Source: Candidatus Tayloriibacteriota bacterium (GTDB taxonomy: Bacteria > Patescibacteriota > Minisyncoccia > Phycocordibacterales > JACOZD01). Taken from it: a DNA stretch of 49,046 nt. Both the position numbers and the translations under genes were made by a program. The stretch's first letter is position 1. Each line of letters starts with the position of its first letter. Positions 18,283-27,693 of this stretch are shown here, one piece after another. Location of the stretch: the NCBI GenBank assembly GCA_016181525.1, contig JACOZD010000013.1, positions 5,960 through 55,005 of the forward strand, written 5' to 3'. The notes below the pieces were generated by a model. The model was not told the DNA's origin. It worked only from the letters and a program-made list of their open reading frames with translations, and searched no databases.

Positions 18283-20265
18283 ATGATTATTTTTGCGATG
18301 GGGTGCGGGGCGGCGGCGGTAATTTTCGCTCTCCTGCTGGCTAAGAAAATCTTGGCTAAATCGGCTGGCAACAGCGAGATGCAATCAATCGCCGGCGCTA
18401 TTCAAATTGGCGCCTCGGCTTACCTAAAGCGACAGTACACAACCATCGCCATGGCGGCAGCTGTTTTGGCGGCCGTTCTGGGGGTGGCCATTGATTTGAC
18501 CACTATGACCGCTTTTCTTCTCGGCGCGGCGGCCTCGGCGGCGGCCGGGTTTTTCGGCATGTACATCTCGGTCAGGGCCAACGTCCGCACGGCCGAGGCG
18601 GCCAAGACCGGCCTCCATGAGGCCCTCCAGGTGGCCTTTCGGGGCGGAGCGGTAACCGGGCTCATGGTGGTCGGCTTGGCCCTCCTTTCGGTGGCGGCTC
18701 TCTATTACCTCACCGGCAACCTGACGGCCCTGGTCGGCCTCGGCTTCGGCGGCTCGCTCATCTCGGTCTTCGCCCGTCTCGGCGGCGGAATCTTCACCAA
18801 AGGAGCCGATGTGGGAGCGGACCTCGTCGGCAAAGTCGAGGTCGGCATTCCCGAAGACGACCCCCGCAACCCCGCCGTCATCGCCGACAACGTCGGCGAC
18901 AATGTGGGAGACTGCGCCGGCATGGCCGCGGACCTTTTCGAAACCTACGCCGTTACAGCCATCGCCGCCATGATTTTGGGGCGTCTCCTCTTTGGCGAAG
19001 TGGCCGAGGCGGTCATCCTCCCGCTCTCCATCGGGGCCGTCTCCGTCATCGCCTCTCTTCTCGGCCTCCTCTTCGTCCGGCTCGGCCGCGGCTCCATTAT
19101 GGGGGCTCTTTACAAAGGACTTTCGGCTTCAGCCCTTCTTTCGCTCGGCGGTTTTGTTTTGCTTCTCAAATACTTTCCTTTTGCCGATAAGCTCGCTCTC
19201 TCCAACGCCAAAATTTTCGCCTCCCTCGTAACCGGAGTGGCGGTTACCGCTTTGATAGTTCTCATCACCGAATACTACACCTCCAAAAAGTTCCGGCCGG
19301 TGCGTTCCATTGCCGCCGCCTCCGAGACCGGCCACGGCACTAATATCATCACCGGACTGGCCATCGGGCTCGAGTCCACCGCCCTGCCCGTCATCGTCAT
19401 CGCCGCCGGCATCTTTGCCTCTTACTCTTTCTCCGGCGCCTACGGCGTGGCGCTCTCGGTTATGAGCATGCTGTCGCTCGCCGGCATCATCGTGGCGATT
19501 GACGCCTTCGGACCGATTACCGACAACGCCGGCGGCATTGCCGAGATGGCGAAACTCCCGCCGGAGGTGCGGAAGGTGACCGACGCCCTGGACGCCGTCG
19601 GCAACACCACTAAAGCCGTCACCAAGGGCTACGCTATCGGCTCGGCCGGACTGGCCGCCGTGGTCCTCTTTGCCTCTTACGTGGAGAATTTGGCCAGAGA
19701 GAACATCGCCGCCGTCTTTAATTTGAGCGACCCTAAAATCATGATTGGCCTTTTCCTCGGCGGCCTTATCCCTTACCTCTTCACCGCTCTCTCGATGAGA
19801 GCCGTGGGCTTTGCGGCCAGCAAAGTGGTCATCGAGGTCCGCCGGCAGTTTAGAGAAATCAAGGGGCTCATGGAAGGCAGAGTCAAACCGGATTACGCCC
19901 GGTGTGTGGACATCGTCACCAAAGCGGCCATCAAAGAGATGATTGCGCCGGCGCTCCTGCCCGTCATCATCCCCATCGCCGTGGCCTTCTCCTTAGGGCC
20001 GGCCGCTTTGGGAGGACTCCTTGTCGGCTCCATCGTAACCGGCATCTTTGTGGCCATTTCCATGACCTCGGGCGGAGCCGCCTGGGACAACGCCAAAAAA
20101 TACATCGAGGAAGGCAACTACGGCGGCAAGGGCGGAGAGGCCCATAAAGCGGCGGTGACGGGGGACACAGTCGGGGACCCCTTCAAAGACACGGCCGGAC
20201 CGGCCATAAACCCGGTCATCAAGATTATCAATATCGTGGCTTTGCTTTTAATCCCTTTTCTCTGA
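18283..20265 (+). CDS. hppA: Membrane-integral proton/sodium-translocating pyrophosphatase
   Basis: [25 protein letters not shown] and [14 protein letters not shown] motifs. About 15 TM helices. Confidence 0.95.
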   Translation: MIIFAMGCGAAAVIFALLLAKKILAKSAGNSEMQSIAGAIQIGASAYLKRQYTTIAMAAAVLAAVLGVAIDLTTMTAFLLGAAASAAAGFFGMYISVRANVRTAEAAKTGLHEALQVAFRGGAVTGLMVVGLALLSVAALYYLTGNLTALVGLGFGGSLISVFARLGGGIFTKGADVGADLVGKVEVGIPEDDPRNPAVIADNVGDNVGDCAGMAADLFETYAVTAIAAMILGRLLFGEVAEAVILPLSIGAVSVIASLLGLLFVRLGRGSIMGALYKGLSASALLSLGGFVLLLKYFPFADKLALSNAKIFASLVTGVAVTALIVLITEYYTSKKFRPVRSIAAASETGHGTNIITGLAIGLESTALPVIVIAAGIFASYSFSGAYGVALSVMSMLSLAGIIVAIDAFGPITDNAGGIAEMAKLPPEVRKVTDALDAVGNTTKAVTKGYAIGSAGLAAVVLFASYVENLARENIAAVFNLSDPKIMIGLFLGGLIPYLFTALSMRAVGFAASKVVIEVRRQFREIKGLMEGRVKPDYARCVDIVTKAAIKEMIAPALLPVIIPIAVAFSLGPAALGGLLVGSIVTGIFVAISMTSGGAAWDNAKKYIEEGNYGGKGGEAHKAAVTGDTVGDPFKDTAGPAINPVIKIINIVALLLIPFL

Positions 20266-20304
20266 TGGTAAACTGGGTAGAGAATTAAAAGTTAAACTAG
20301 AAAA

Positions 20305-20835
20305 ATGAAACCTATTGTCTTGACTTTCATCATAGTCTTCAGTCTCCTGACCGCGCCCCTTTCTTTCGCCCACGATGACTTACCGAGAGGCCAATCTCCC
20401 GGACACCGCTCCGAACACGCCGATGAATCAGCCACAACCACAGCCGAGGGACGCAAGAAAGCGGCCATAAAGCGGCGAGCGGAAAGAATTATTAAGAAAC
20501 TTGAGGCCGCCATCGGGCGGCTCGATAGATTGGCCGGACGAATCGAGACGCGCATCGCCAAGTTTGAGGAGAGGGGCTCCGACATGACCGAGGCCAAGAG
20601 ACTTCTCGGAGAAGCTCGGGCCAAAATCGAAACCGCCAAGGGCGACGTGACCGGCGCTAAAGCCGCCTTGGTGTCTATCCCCCCGATAAATAGAGAGAAC
20701 CTCGCCAAAATCAAGCGCGAGGCCAACAAAGCTAAGGAGAGCATCAAAGCTGCCCACGCCGCTTTGGCGGACACCATCAGCTCGCTGAAACCCGGGCGGA
20801 ACAAAATTAACAAGGCCACCACCAGCCAATATTAA
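20305..20835 (+). CDS. Secreted coiled-coil protein, function unknown
   Basis: Signal peptide MKPIVLTFIIVFSLLTAPLSFA followed by a K/R/E/A-rich helical sequence. Confidence 0.7.
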   Translation: MKPIVLTFIIVFSLLTAPLSFAHDDLPRGQSPGHRSEHADESATTTAEGRKKAAIKRRAERIIKKLEAAIGRLDRLAGRIETRIAKFEERGSDMTEAKRLLGEARAKIETAKGDVTGAKAALVSIPPINRENLAKIKREANKAKESIKAAHAALADTISSLKPGRNKINKATTSQY

Positions 20836-20837
20836 AC

Positions 20838-21143
20838 ATGACTCTACCAACAAACCAAAACGGCAGTTTCTACGAGAGCCCCATCAGGCAAAAGCCGATG
20901 GGACCTCTGGTGGGGCTTATCATCGTCATAGTCGTTCTCATCATCGGCGGAATCTACTTTTGGCTTGAGCGTCTGGATAAAGAGCGGCAGACGCCGGGAG
21001 GAGAAGTCCAGAACAACCTAAGAAGCGATATCCTCGGCCGAGAGGCGGAGACCGATGACCTGGCCAGTCTTGAAGCCGACGCCGCCATCCTTAGCGGCTT
21101 CAGTCTGGATGAAGAGTTGTTTGAACTGGAAAAAGAGTTGTGA
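20838..21143 (+). CDS. Small single-pass membrane protein
   Basis: TM helix LVGLIIVIVVLIIGGIYFWL and an acidic tail. Tightly packed between neighbouring genes. Confidence 0.55.
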   Translation: MTLPTNQNGSFYESPIRQKPMGPLVGLIIVIVVLIIGGIYFWLERLDKERQTPGGEVQNNLRSDILGREAETDDLASLEADAAILSGFSLDEELFELEKEL

Positions 21144-22000
21144 CGGGCAATCTGCTGTACACAGTCACGAAAAAAGAAGAGCTCCCGCATCGGGAGCTTA
21201 TTCTTGAGATTGAGATTCCGGCCTCCGGACTCTCTCCTTGGCGCCAGGCGGCCATTAAAACATTTAAGGAACGACTGGAGATGCCAGGCTTCAGAAGAGG
21301 GCGCGTCCCCGAAGAAGTTATTACCTCCCGCCTAGGCGAGACGGTAATCCTCGAGGAGGCGCTGACTCTGGCTCTCTCTGACAACTATACCCTCATTTTA
21401 GAGAAAGAGGGTATCGCCGGCCTTGGCCGGCCCGCCGTGACCATTCTCAAAATCGGCGCGGGCGGCGGCGTTCTTCTGCGCATCCGGACAGCCCTGCGGC
21501 CGCAGGTCTCTCTCCCCGACTACCGAAAAATCGCGAGGAAGATGAACACCGGGACGTCTGGGGCCGCTTCGAGCGAGACAGAGGCGCCGCCGGGAGTCTC
21601 ACACCGGCTGCGACTCGTGAGTGCCGTTCTCTCGGAGTCCAAAATCGAGATGCCTAAGGGGCTTATCGAGAGCGAACTCCGAAGAATCGAGGCCCGCTTT
21701 AAGCACGACCTTGAGACCGCCGGCATCAAGCTCGATGATTATCTTTCCCGGGTGGGGAAAAAGATGGAAGAAATCAGGCAGGAGTGGCTGCCGGGGGCGG
21801 AGAGAAACGCCAAGGTCCAAGTCCTCTTCGAGGCCATCGCCGAGAAAGAAAAGTTCATGCCGGATGAGAAAAAGGTGGAAGAGGAAACCAAAAAAATTCT
21901 CTCCGAGGCCAAAGAGGCCGACCCGACGGCCGCGCGCATCTACGTCGAGGTGGCGTTCATGAACGAAGCCGTGATGAAGCTCTTAGAAGAAGAAAAGTAA
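21140..22000 (+). CDS. tig: Trigger factor lacking the PPIase domain
   Basis: Ribosome-binding signature MPGFRRGRVP in the N-terminal domain and a TF C-terminal-like helical domain. Only 286 aa. GTG start overlaps the upstream stop. Followed by clpP. Confidence 0.8.
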   Translation: MTGNLLYTVTKKEELPHRELILEIEIPASGLSPWRQAAIKTFKERLEMPGFRRGRVPEEVITSRLGETVILEEALTLALSDNYTLILEKEGIAGLGRPAVTILKIGAGGGVLLRIRTALRPQVSLPDYRKIARKMNTGTSGAASSETEAPPGVSHRLRLVSAVLSESKIEMPKGLIESELRRIEARFKHDLETAGIKLDDYLSRVGKKMEEIRQEWLPGAERNAKVQVLFEAIAEKEKFMPDEKKVEEETKKILSEAKEADPTAARIYVEVAFMNEAVMKLLEEEK

Positions 22001-22029
22001 TGGACAGATTTAAATCTTTAACTTAAAAT
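22001..22029 (+). promoter_or_regulatory. clpP promoter: TGGACA - 17 nt - TAAAAT
   Basis: -35 at 22001-22006 and -10 at 22024-22029, 8 nt before the ATG at 22038. The 12-bp palindrome agatttaaatct lies in the spacer. Confidence 0.5.
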
Positions 22030-22037
22030 TGGCTATC

Positions 22038-22619
22038 ATGCTAATTCCAACCGTAATTGAAAAATCGCAGTTTGGGGAGCGGGCTTATGACATTTACTCG
22101 CGGCTCCTGCGCGAAAACATTATCTTTCTTGGCGGACCCATCGACGACTACGCCGCCAACATCGTCATCGCCGAGCTCCTTTTCCTCCAATCCGAGGACC
22201 CCAAGAAGGACGTTCAGCTTTACATCAACTCGCCCGGCGGCTCGGTGACTGCCACCTTGGCCATGCTCGACGCCATGAACCACATCAAAAACGACGTGGC
22301 TACCTTTTGCATCGGCATCGCCGCCTCGGGCGCCGCCATCCTTCTTTCGGCAGGCAAGAGGGGCAAGCGCTTTGCCCTGCCCAACGCCGAAATCATGATT
22401 CACCAGCCTCATGGCGGCGCCCAGGGTCAGGCCACCGACATTGAGATTACCGCCAAACAAATTCTCAAAACCCGGGAAAATCTCAATAAAATTCTCTCCA
22501 AGACCACCGGTCAGCCGCTACCGCGAATCGAGAAGGACGTTGACCGAGACTATTTTATGTCGGCTGACGAGGCCAAAAAATACGGCATCATTGACGACAT
22601 TCTCAAGTCTAAGCTATGA
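22038..22619 (+). CDS. clpP: ATP-dependent Clp protease proteolytic subunit
   Basis: MLIPTVIE N-terminus, active-site context [13 protein letters not shown]. The ATG at 22038 is preferred over the TTG at 22029 in the track. Confidence 0.95.
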   Translation: MLIPTVIEKSQFGERAYDIYSRLLRENIIFLGGPIDDYAANIVIAELLFLQSEDPKKDVQLYINSPGGSVTATLAMLDAMNHIKNDVATFCIGIAASGAAILLSAGKRGKRFALPNAEIMIHQPHGGAQGQATDIEITAKQILKTRENLNKILSKTTGQPLPRIEKDVDRDYFMSADEAKKYGIIDDILKSKL

Positions 22620-22745
22620 TGAGACCGTTACCAGCAATAAACACATAGATTTCGTCTAAAGCTTGTCGGCATGCGTCCAATTGAATTTAAAATTCCTTTT
22701 CATCTTTCCTTAGAAATTCCAAAGCCATAGCGAAATCTTTTCGCC

Positions 22746-24275
22746 ATGTCCTTAAAATTTGCCTTGCTCTTGGCGGGCGCCGCGGCTCTCATTGGCGCAG
22801 CTCTTGGCTATTATCTGCGTTTGATTATCTCCCTGGGCAAACGCGGCTCGATGGAGCTCGAAATCAAAGAGATGATGCTCCGGGCCAAAGAGGAGGCCAA
22901 ACGGCTCTCCGACGAAGCGGTCAAAAAAGCCGAGCAGGTCCTCGCGGTCGCCCGGCTGGAACTGCGAGAGAGGGAAGATAAAATCAAGAAAACGGAGGAG
23001 CGATTGATAAAGAAAGAGGAGTTCCTGGACAAGCGCCAGCTGGACCTGGACAAAGAGATTGAGGAGGTTAAGGGCAAAATCGCCGAAATCAAGCGCCTGC
23101 GGGAAAAGGCCGAGGAACTGGAGGGCAAAAAAGAAGAAGAACTCGAAAGGGTCTCCAAACTCTCCGAGGAGGAGGCCAAGAAAATTCTGCTGGAAACGGT
23201 GGAGAAAAAGCACGAGGAGGATATTTTGGTGAGAATGCGGAAGTTAGAGCGCGGCGGCGAGGAGACGCTTGAGACCAGAGCCAGAGCGATACTGACCGGC
23301 GTCATCCAGCGCCTGGGCAACTCGGTCGTCTCCGACGTCTTTACAACCGCCGTCATCATCCCTTCTGACGAAATCAAAGGTAAAATCATCGGAAAAGAAG
23401 GCCGCAATATCAAGGCCTTTGAGCGGGTGACGGGAGTGGAAATAATCGTTGACGACACACCGGGCGCCATTACCATCTCCTCATTCGACCCGGTCAGACG
23501 CCAGGTGGCCAGAGTGGCCTTGGAGAACCTCATTATCGACGGCCGGATTCAGCCGGCCAAGATCGAGACGGCGGTGGAGAAAGCCGAGCAGGAAATCAAT
23601 AAAATCATTAAGGAAAAAGGCCAGCAAGCGGCTTACGAGTGCGGAGTTTTTAACCTTGACCCCAGGATTCTCTCCATTCTGGGCCGACTTTATTTCCGCA
23701 CCAGCTACGGCCAAAATGTTCTTCAACACTCCATCGAGATGGCTCACCTCGCCGGCATGCTCGCCTCCGAGCTCGGAGCCAACGTGGCCGTAGCCAAAGC
23801 CGGAGCGCTGCTGCACGACATCGGCAAAGCGGTGGACCATGAGGTTACCGGCACGCATGTGGAGATCGGCCGGAGAATTCTGCAGAAGTTCGGGGCCGAC
23901 GAGAGCGTCGTCAAGGCCATGCAGTCTCATCACGAGGAGTATCCTTACGAGACGCCGGAATCGGTCATCGTCCAGGTGGCCGACGCCATTTCCGGCTCGA
24001 GGCCCGGCGCCCGCCGCGACACGGTTGAGAACTATCTTAAACGCCTCTCCGACCTTGAAGCCATCGCCACGTCGTTCCCCGGCGTGGAGAAGGCCTACGC
24101 TCTGGCGGCCGGGCGGGAAATCAGGATTTTCGTGACACCGGAGAACATTTCCGACCTCGAAGCCAAAAAGATGGCTCGCGACATCGCCGTGCGGGTTGAG
24201 AACGAGCTTAAGTACCCGGGCGAGATTAAGGTCACCATTATCCGCGAAACCCGCGTCATCGAGTACGCGAGGTAA
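22746..24275 (+). CDS. rny: Ribonuclease Y
   Basis: N-terminal TM helix, a long coiled coil, KH domain (GKIIGKEGRNIKAFE) and HD domain (LLHDIGKA). Confidence 0.95.
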   Translation: MSLKFALLLAGAAALIGAALGYYLRLIISLGKRGSMELEIKEMMLRAKEEAKRLSDEAVKKAEQVLAVARLELREREDKIKKTEERLIKKEEFLDKRQLDLDKEIEEVKGKIAEIKRLREKAEELEGKKEEELERVSKLSEEEAKKILLETVEKKHEEDILVRMRKLERGGEETLETRARAILTGVIQRLGNSVVSDVFTTAVIIPSDEIKGKIIGKEGRNIKAFERVTGVEIIVDDTPGAITISSFDPVRRQVARVALENLIIDGRIQPAKIETAVEKAEQEINKIIKEKGQQAAYECGVFNLDPRILSILGRLYFRTSYGQNVLQHSIEMAHLAGMLASELGANVAVAKAGALLHDIGKAVDHEVTGTHVEIGRRILQKFGADESVVKAMQSHHEEYPYETPESVIVQVADAISGSRPGARRDTVENYLKRLSDLEAIATSFPGVEKAYALAAGREIRIFVTPENISDLEAKKMARDIAVRVENELKYPGEIKVTIIRETRVIEYAR

Positions 24276-24282
24276 AACTTCT

Positions 24283-24320
24283 ATGAGGTGACACCTCATG
24301 CTATGAGGTGTCACCTCATA
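24283..24320. repeat. Two tandem copies of the palindrome ATGAGGTGWCACCTCAT (centre A, then centre T)
   Basis: atgaggtgacacctcat at 24283-24299 and atgaggtgtcacctcat at 24303-24319. The centre TCA at 24311-24313 is the stop codon (TGA) of the minus-strand gene 24311-25543. Confidence 0.95.
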
Positions 24321-25543
24321 TTCTTAGAATTTTCGAGATTGACGAGCCAGACGGAGCCGTCGCGTTTGTTGCGGAAAATCAGTTTATCCTCCGCCTTGTT
24401 TAGCATAAGTTCCACCGCGTCCACCGGCTCATCCATGTCCTCTACCCTAGCCACCACCTCGGTGAGACCGCTCTCGACATCAATTTCCACCACCTTGTCC
24501 ACAAAGGCAAAGAGTCCTTGATACCAGCCGTCGGGATAATCGGCCGGCGGCAGGCGCTCCGGCACGGCGCAGTAAACCTTTCTTGTTTCGAGCTTGGACC
24601 AGGCGCACTTTTCAGGCAGAGTGACCGCGTCGAGCTCGAAAACCTTCCGGTCGCCTAGGCGGGTAACTTTGAGAGCCGCTCCGCCCGGCCGACTCTCGCT
24701 CCAGAGAACATAGCGCAGTCCCGGGGAAACGAGGGTGGTGAGACCAGAAACCCCGCCAAGAACCCTCCTTTGACTACCGCCTTTGACCTCAAGAAAATAG
24801 AGAACGCCGGCGCTCCCGGCCGAGGCCTTGGTAGTCAGGGCGATAGTGCTCTCGGCCGGCCAGGCGGCAAGCCATTCCCCAAGCGGAGACTCGAACAGGA
24901 CCGCGGCTAAGCTGCCATCCGGCCGAGAAACTATACCCCTCGAACCGTCGCGGCGGGTGAGGTAAAAAATTTTGGTTTGAGAAGGAGAGACTGCCAGAGC
25001 GGTAACCCCCACCGGCAGATATTTGGCGTTGACCTCGGCCTCGGCGCCGCCTTCTTGAGCGGGAATGATGGAACCGTAGATAGTTTCAATGGCCGGGTCG
25101 CGCGAGGCGGATTCGAGACGTCTCACCAAAAAGCTTCTGCCGCTCTCGGCGAAAACGGCTTCGTAAAGTTTGGGGAGTAAGGTATTGGTGAGCCGCCTCT
25201 CGGCCCCGCCCCAAAGCGGCAGTTCATAAACATGACCCCTGCCCCGCTCCACGTATCGCAGCGCCTCACCGGCAGGGAGAGAGGCAATGCTCATCCCCGC
25301 CGTAACCTTGCCTACGATTTTTTGAGCCAGCCGGCCTTCTTCTAAAACTGTCGCGGCAGGCGGCGGCTCCGCTTCGTCAAAAGTCACTCCATCATCCAAC
25401 CTTGTGTCTGGGAAGGTACCAGGCGGAGAGCTCTCAAAAACCGCGTTGTCCCGAGCAAAGAAAACGTAGTAGTAAACGTAGAGCCCTACAGCCAAAACAA
25501 CTACAAAAACGGCAGTCAGAGTTATAAAGGTTTTTTTGCTCAT
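24311..25543 (-). CDS. Membrane-anchored protein with a beta-propeller-like ectodomain (last gene of the T4SS-like cluster)
   Basis: N-terminal TM helix FITLTAVFVVVLAVGLYVYYYVFF. Repetitive beta-rich ectodomain. No recognisable catalytic motif. Confidence 0.7.
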   Translation of the reverse strand: MSKKTFITLTAVFVVVLAVGLYVYYYVFFARDNAVFESSPPGTFPDTRLDDGVTFDEAEPPPAATVLEEGRLAQKIVGKVTAGMSIASLPAGEALRYVERGRGHVYELPLWGGAERRLTNTLLPKLYEAVFAESGRSFLVRRLESASRDPAIETIYGSIIPAQEGGAEAEVNAKYLPVGVTALAVSPSQTKIFYLTRRDGSRGIVSRPDGSLAAVLFESPLGEWLAAWPAESTIALTTKASAGSAGVLYFLEVKGGSQRRVLGGVSGLTTLVSPGLRYVLWSESRPGGAALKVTRLGDRKVFELDAVTLPEKCAWSKLETRKVYCAVPERLPPADYPDGWYQGLFAFVDKVVEIDVESGLTEVVARVEDMDEPVDAVELMLNKAEDKLIFRNKRDGSVWLVNLENSKNMR

Positions 25544-25544
25544 T

Positions 25545-26081
25545 TCATCTGTTTATGGGAAAAAGCGACGGATTATTGGTGTCTGAACCAGAGAAAGGGA
25601 CAGTCACCTGCGGAGCATCGGGGTCATAAACCTTTTGAGAATTTCCATCCTCCTTCTCGGAACTCACCGAAACGCCGTCGAGCTTGGCCAGGTTGGGGTT
25701 AATGGTATAGAAAATCAAGTAAGAGAGCAGAGCCAGGACGAGTCCTAGGACGGCGTTGGTCATAATCCGGATGCCGTCTTCCTTTTTGGTCACGGCGTCG
25801 CTTGAGGCATAGACAAAACCGCCGACGACGAGCATAAGCACCGCCAGAACACCAGCCACACCGATGCCGAGCTTAAACGCCCCGGCGACATAAGTAGAAA
25901 ACTTCACTCCCTCCTTGGGAGCGGCGTACGGCAAAGGAGCAAGCGGTTTGTAATCCTTGCCTCCGAGAATGTGGCTCCCGGCAAAAACCAAACAAGGTTT
26001 TTCAAAGACTGACCAACTGCCGGCCAAAGCGGCAAAGAAAATGCTCAAAATCAGCGCCATTTTAAAAATTTTGGACCTCAT
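25545..26081 (-). CDS. T4SS pilin-like protein (VirB2/TrbC analogue, T4SS_pilin family)
   Basis: Signal peptide plus two TM helices separated by a short loop: GVAGVLAVLMLVVGGFVYASSDAVTKKEDGIRIMTNAVLGLVLALLSYLIFYTINP. Confidence 0.65.
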   Translation of the reverse strand: MRSKIFKMALILSIFFAALAGSWSVFEKPCLVFAGSHILGGKDYKPLAPLPYAAPKEGVKFSTYVAGAFKLGIGVAGVLAVLMLVVGGFVYASSDAVTKKEDGIRIMTNAVLGLVLALLSYLIFYTINPNLAKLDGVSVSSEKEDGNSQKVYDPDAPQVTVPFSGSDTNNPSLFPINR

Positions 26082-27052
26082 TTCATAAGCATTAGACTGG
26101 TGCCGAAGGAAGCAAACTGGAAGTCTCGCCCGGGAAGGATGACACTCACCCCCAAAGCGGCCTCTCCCTTCTCCTCATTTTCCCTCCTGACCGTGACAGC
26201 GGCATCGCTCTCGGCCACCGGGCGGTTGTTTATCGTCCAGGTGTATTTGAGCGCGTCCCCGTCTCCGAAAAAATAAGGGATAGCCGCGGCCTTGAGCTCC
26301 CTGCCGAAGAGAGGCGAGCCGGGAGACAGAATGTGCTCGAAACGCACGCCATAGAGCGGATGCTCCTCATAAAGATAAACTTTGGAGTCAACCGGCAAGA
26401 GCGACAGTCGGGCCTCGCCCTTGACTCTGCCGTCGGCGGTTGAGGCCTCGACGCTAATCTCCTCACTCCGCAGAATGGCCGGACCCCTGAAGCGGTAAAC
26501 ATTCGCTCCCAAGCCCGACTGCTCACGGTCCAGTTTGTCGCCGTTTTTCCACTTGTAAATCAGGGAGCGGTGGCTCAAGAGACGGCCAGCCGAGTCGGTG
26601 AAGCGCGGCAGGGCCACCACTCGAACCTCTCCTTCGTTTGGGTAAAGGGCCTTACCTCTGTAGAAGGGCGGCACGGTCGCGTCGGCCTCAAAGATGAGGT
26701 CAAAGTCGAAAGGGCGCAAGGTGTAAGAGCCAGAAATTGTCCGACCTTCGGAGTTTCTGACCCGCAAGCGAATGTTTTGCGCTACCCCTGCCGCCGGAGC
26801 GGTTAAGTTGATTTTAGTTTTACCTACTCCGCGCTCAATCACCTTGCCTCCAACCTCCCAAGTAATGGAGGCGGTGCTCAAGAAGGAACCAAAACTTATG
26901 GCCTCGATGGTGAACGGCTCCTGCGGCCGGGGGTACTTGGGAAAAAGCTCGAAAAAAACATTGCTTAAGGGAGTTGGGGATTGGGCGTGAGTAACAAACG
27001 TCAAGGAAAAGAGAAAGAAACAAGTCAAGAAGATAGCGAGAATTAGGCGCAT
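26078..27052 (-). CDS. Secreted protein of unknown function (Ig-like repeats?)
   Basis: Signal peptide MRLILAIFLTCFFLFSLTFVTHAQ. 4-nt ATGA overlap with the downstream pilin-like gene. Confidence 0.7.
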   Translation of the reverse strand: MRLILAIFLTCFFLFSLTFVTHAQSPTPLSNVFFELFPKYPRPQEPFTIEAISFGSFLSTASITWEVGGKVIERGVGKTKINLTAPAAGVAQNIRLRVRNSEGRTISGSYTLRPFDFDLIFEADATVPPFYRGKALYPNEGEVRVVALPRFTDSAGRLLSHRSLIYKWKNGDKLDREQSGLGANVYRFRGPAILRSEEISVEASTADGRVKGEARLSLLPVDSKVYLYEEHPLYGVRFEHILSPGSPLFGRELKAAAIPYFFGDGDALKYTWTINNRPVAESDAAVTVRRENEEKGEAALGVSVILPGRDFQFASFGTSLMLMK

Positions 27053-27127
27053 TTTGGTCTTAGTATTTTATCATGACAATCTGCCGACAATCCACAAGAG
27101 GAGAGCTGCGGGCTTAAAGCTTTTAGC

Positions 27128-27580
27128 TTATTCCCTGTATTTAGAGATGCCGCGGAGCCGGCTGGCGGCAGGGATTTTCGGCGGAGTTCTCCGACTTGTC
27201 ATCTGCTTGGGATTTAAACTCAAACCGCTCTTGCCTTTATCCTCCCTTCTCGTCTGCCAGATAACGTAACAAATATCCAAGGTCCAGAGCGGGGCGGCAT
27301 CGACAAGAGGTATAGCCTCGCCGACAAGCGTCCCGAAGAAAGCCGCGAGCACCCTAGTGTTCGTCAAAATCTTGGGGTCAATAAACAAGAACCATAAAGC
27401 GAACAAAACTCCGACCACAATATCAACGACGCGATTGATGGCCACACCCGCCACTAATAAATCGAGCAAAATCTGCACCCCATCAATTACCAGAGCCGTG
27501 CCAATGAGGAAAATAGCCCCGACGGCGCCGATGCGGCGCCTAGCTGGCGCATCTTTATATTGAACATTGTCATTGTCCAT
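27128..27580 (-). CDS. Polytopic small membrane protein of unknown function
   Basis: Three or four hydrophobic helices and a basic C-terminal tail. Sits within the T4SS-like cluster. Confidence 0.65.
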   Translation of the reverse strand: MDNDNVQYKDAPARRRIGAVGAIFLIGTALVIDGVQILLDLLVAGVAINRVVDIVVGVLFALWFLFIDPKILTNTRVLAAFFGTLVGEAIPLVDAAPLWTLDICYVIWQTRREDKGKSGLSLNPKQMTSRRTPPKIPAASRLRGISKYRE

Positions 27581-27693
27581 TTTTTGTGAAGCAGACTTGC
27601 CGTTTGCGAGACCTTGGGCCTAGCGACGGGGCGAGCCGAGCAAAAATCTGGCAGAATTTTAGGCGAGCTTCGCGGGCGGTCGGGTCTGCAAAA

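Noticed and set aside
23481-24314. 277-aa minus-strand ORF
   Set aside because: It is antisense to rny. Its start (MTPHSMRCHL) is merely the palindromic repeat read in another frame.
27581-27693. GC-rich 113-bp spacer inside the T4SS cluster as a structured RNA
   Set aside because: Only short complementary ends (gcagac...gtctgc) were seen. I could not build a convincing fold by eye.
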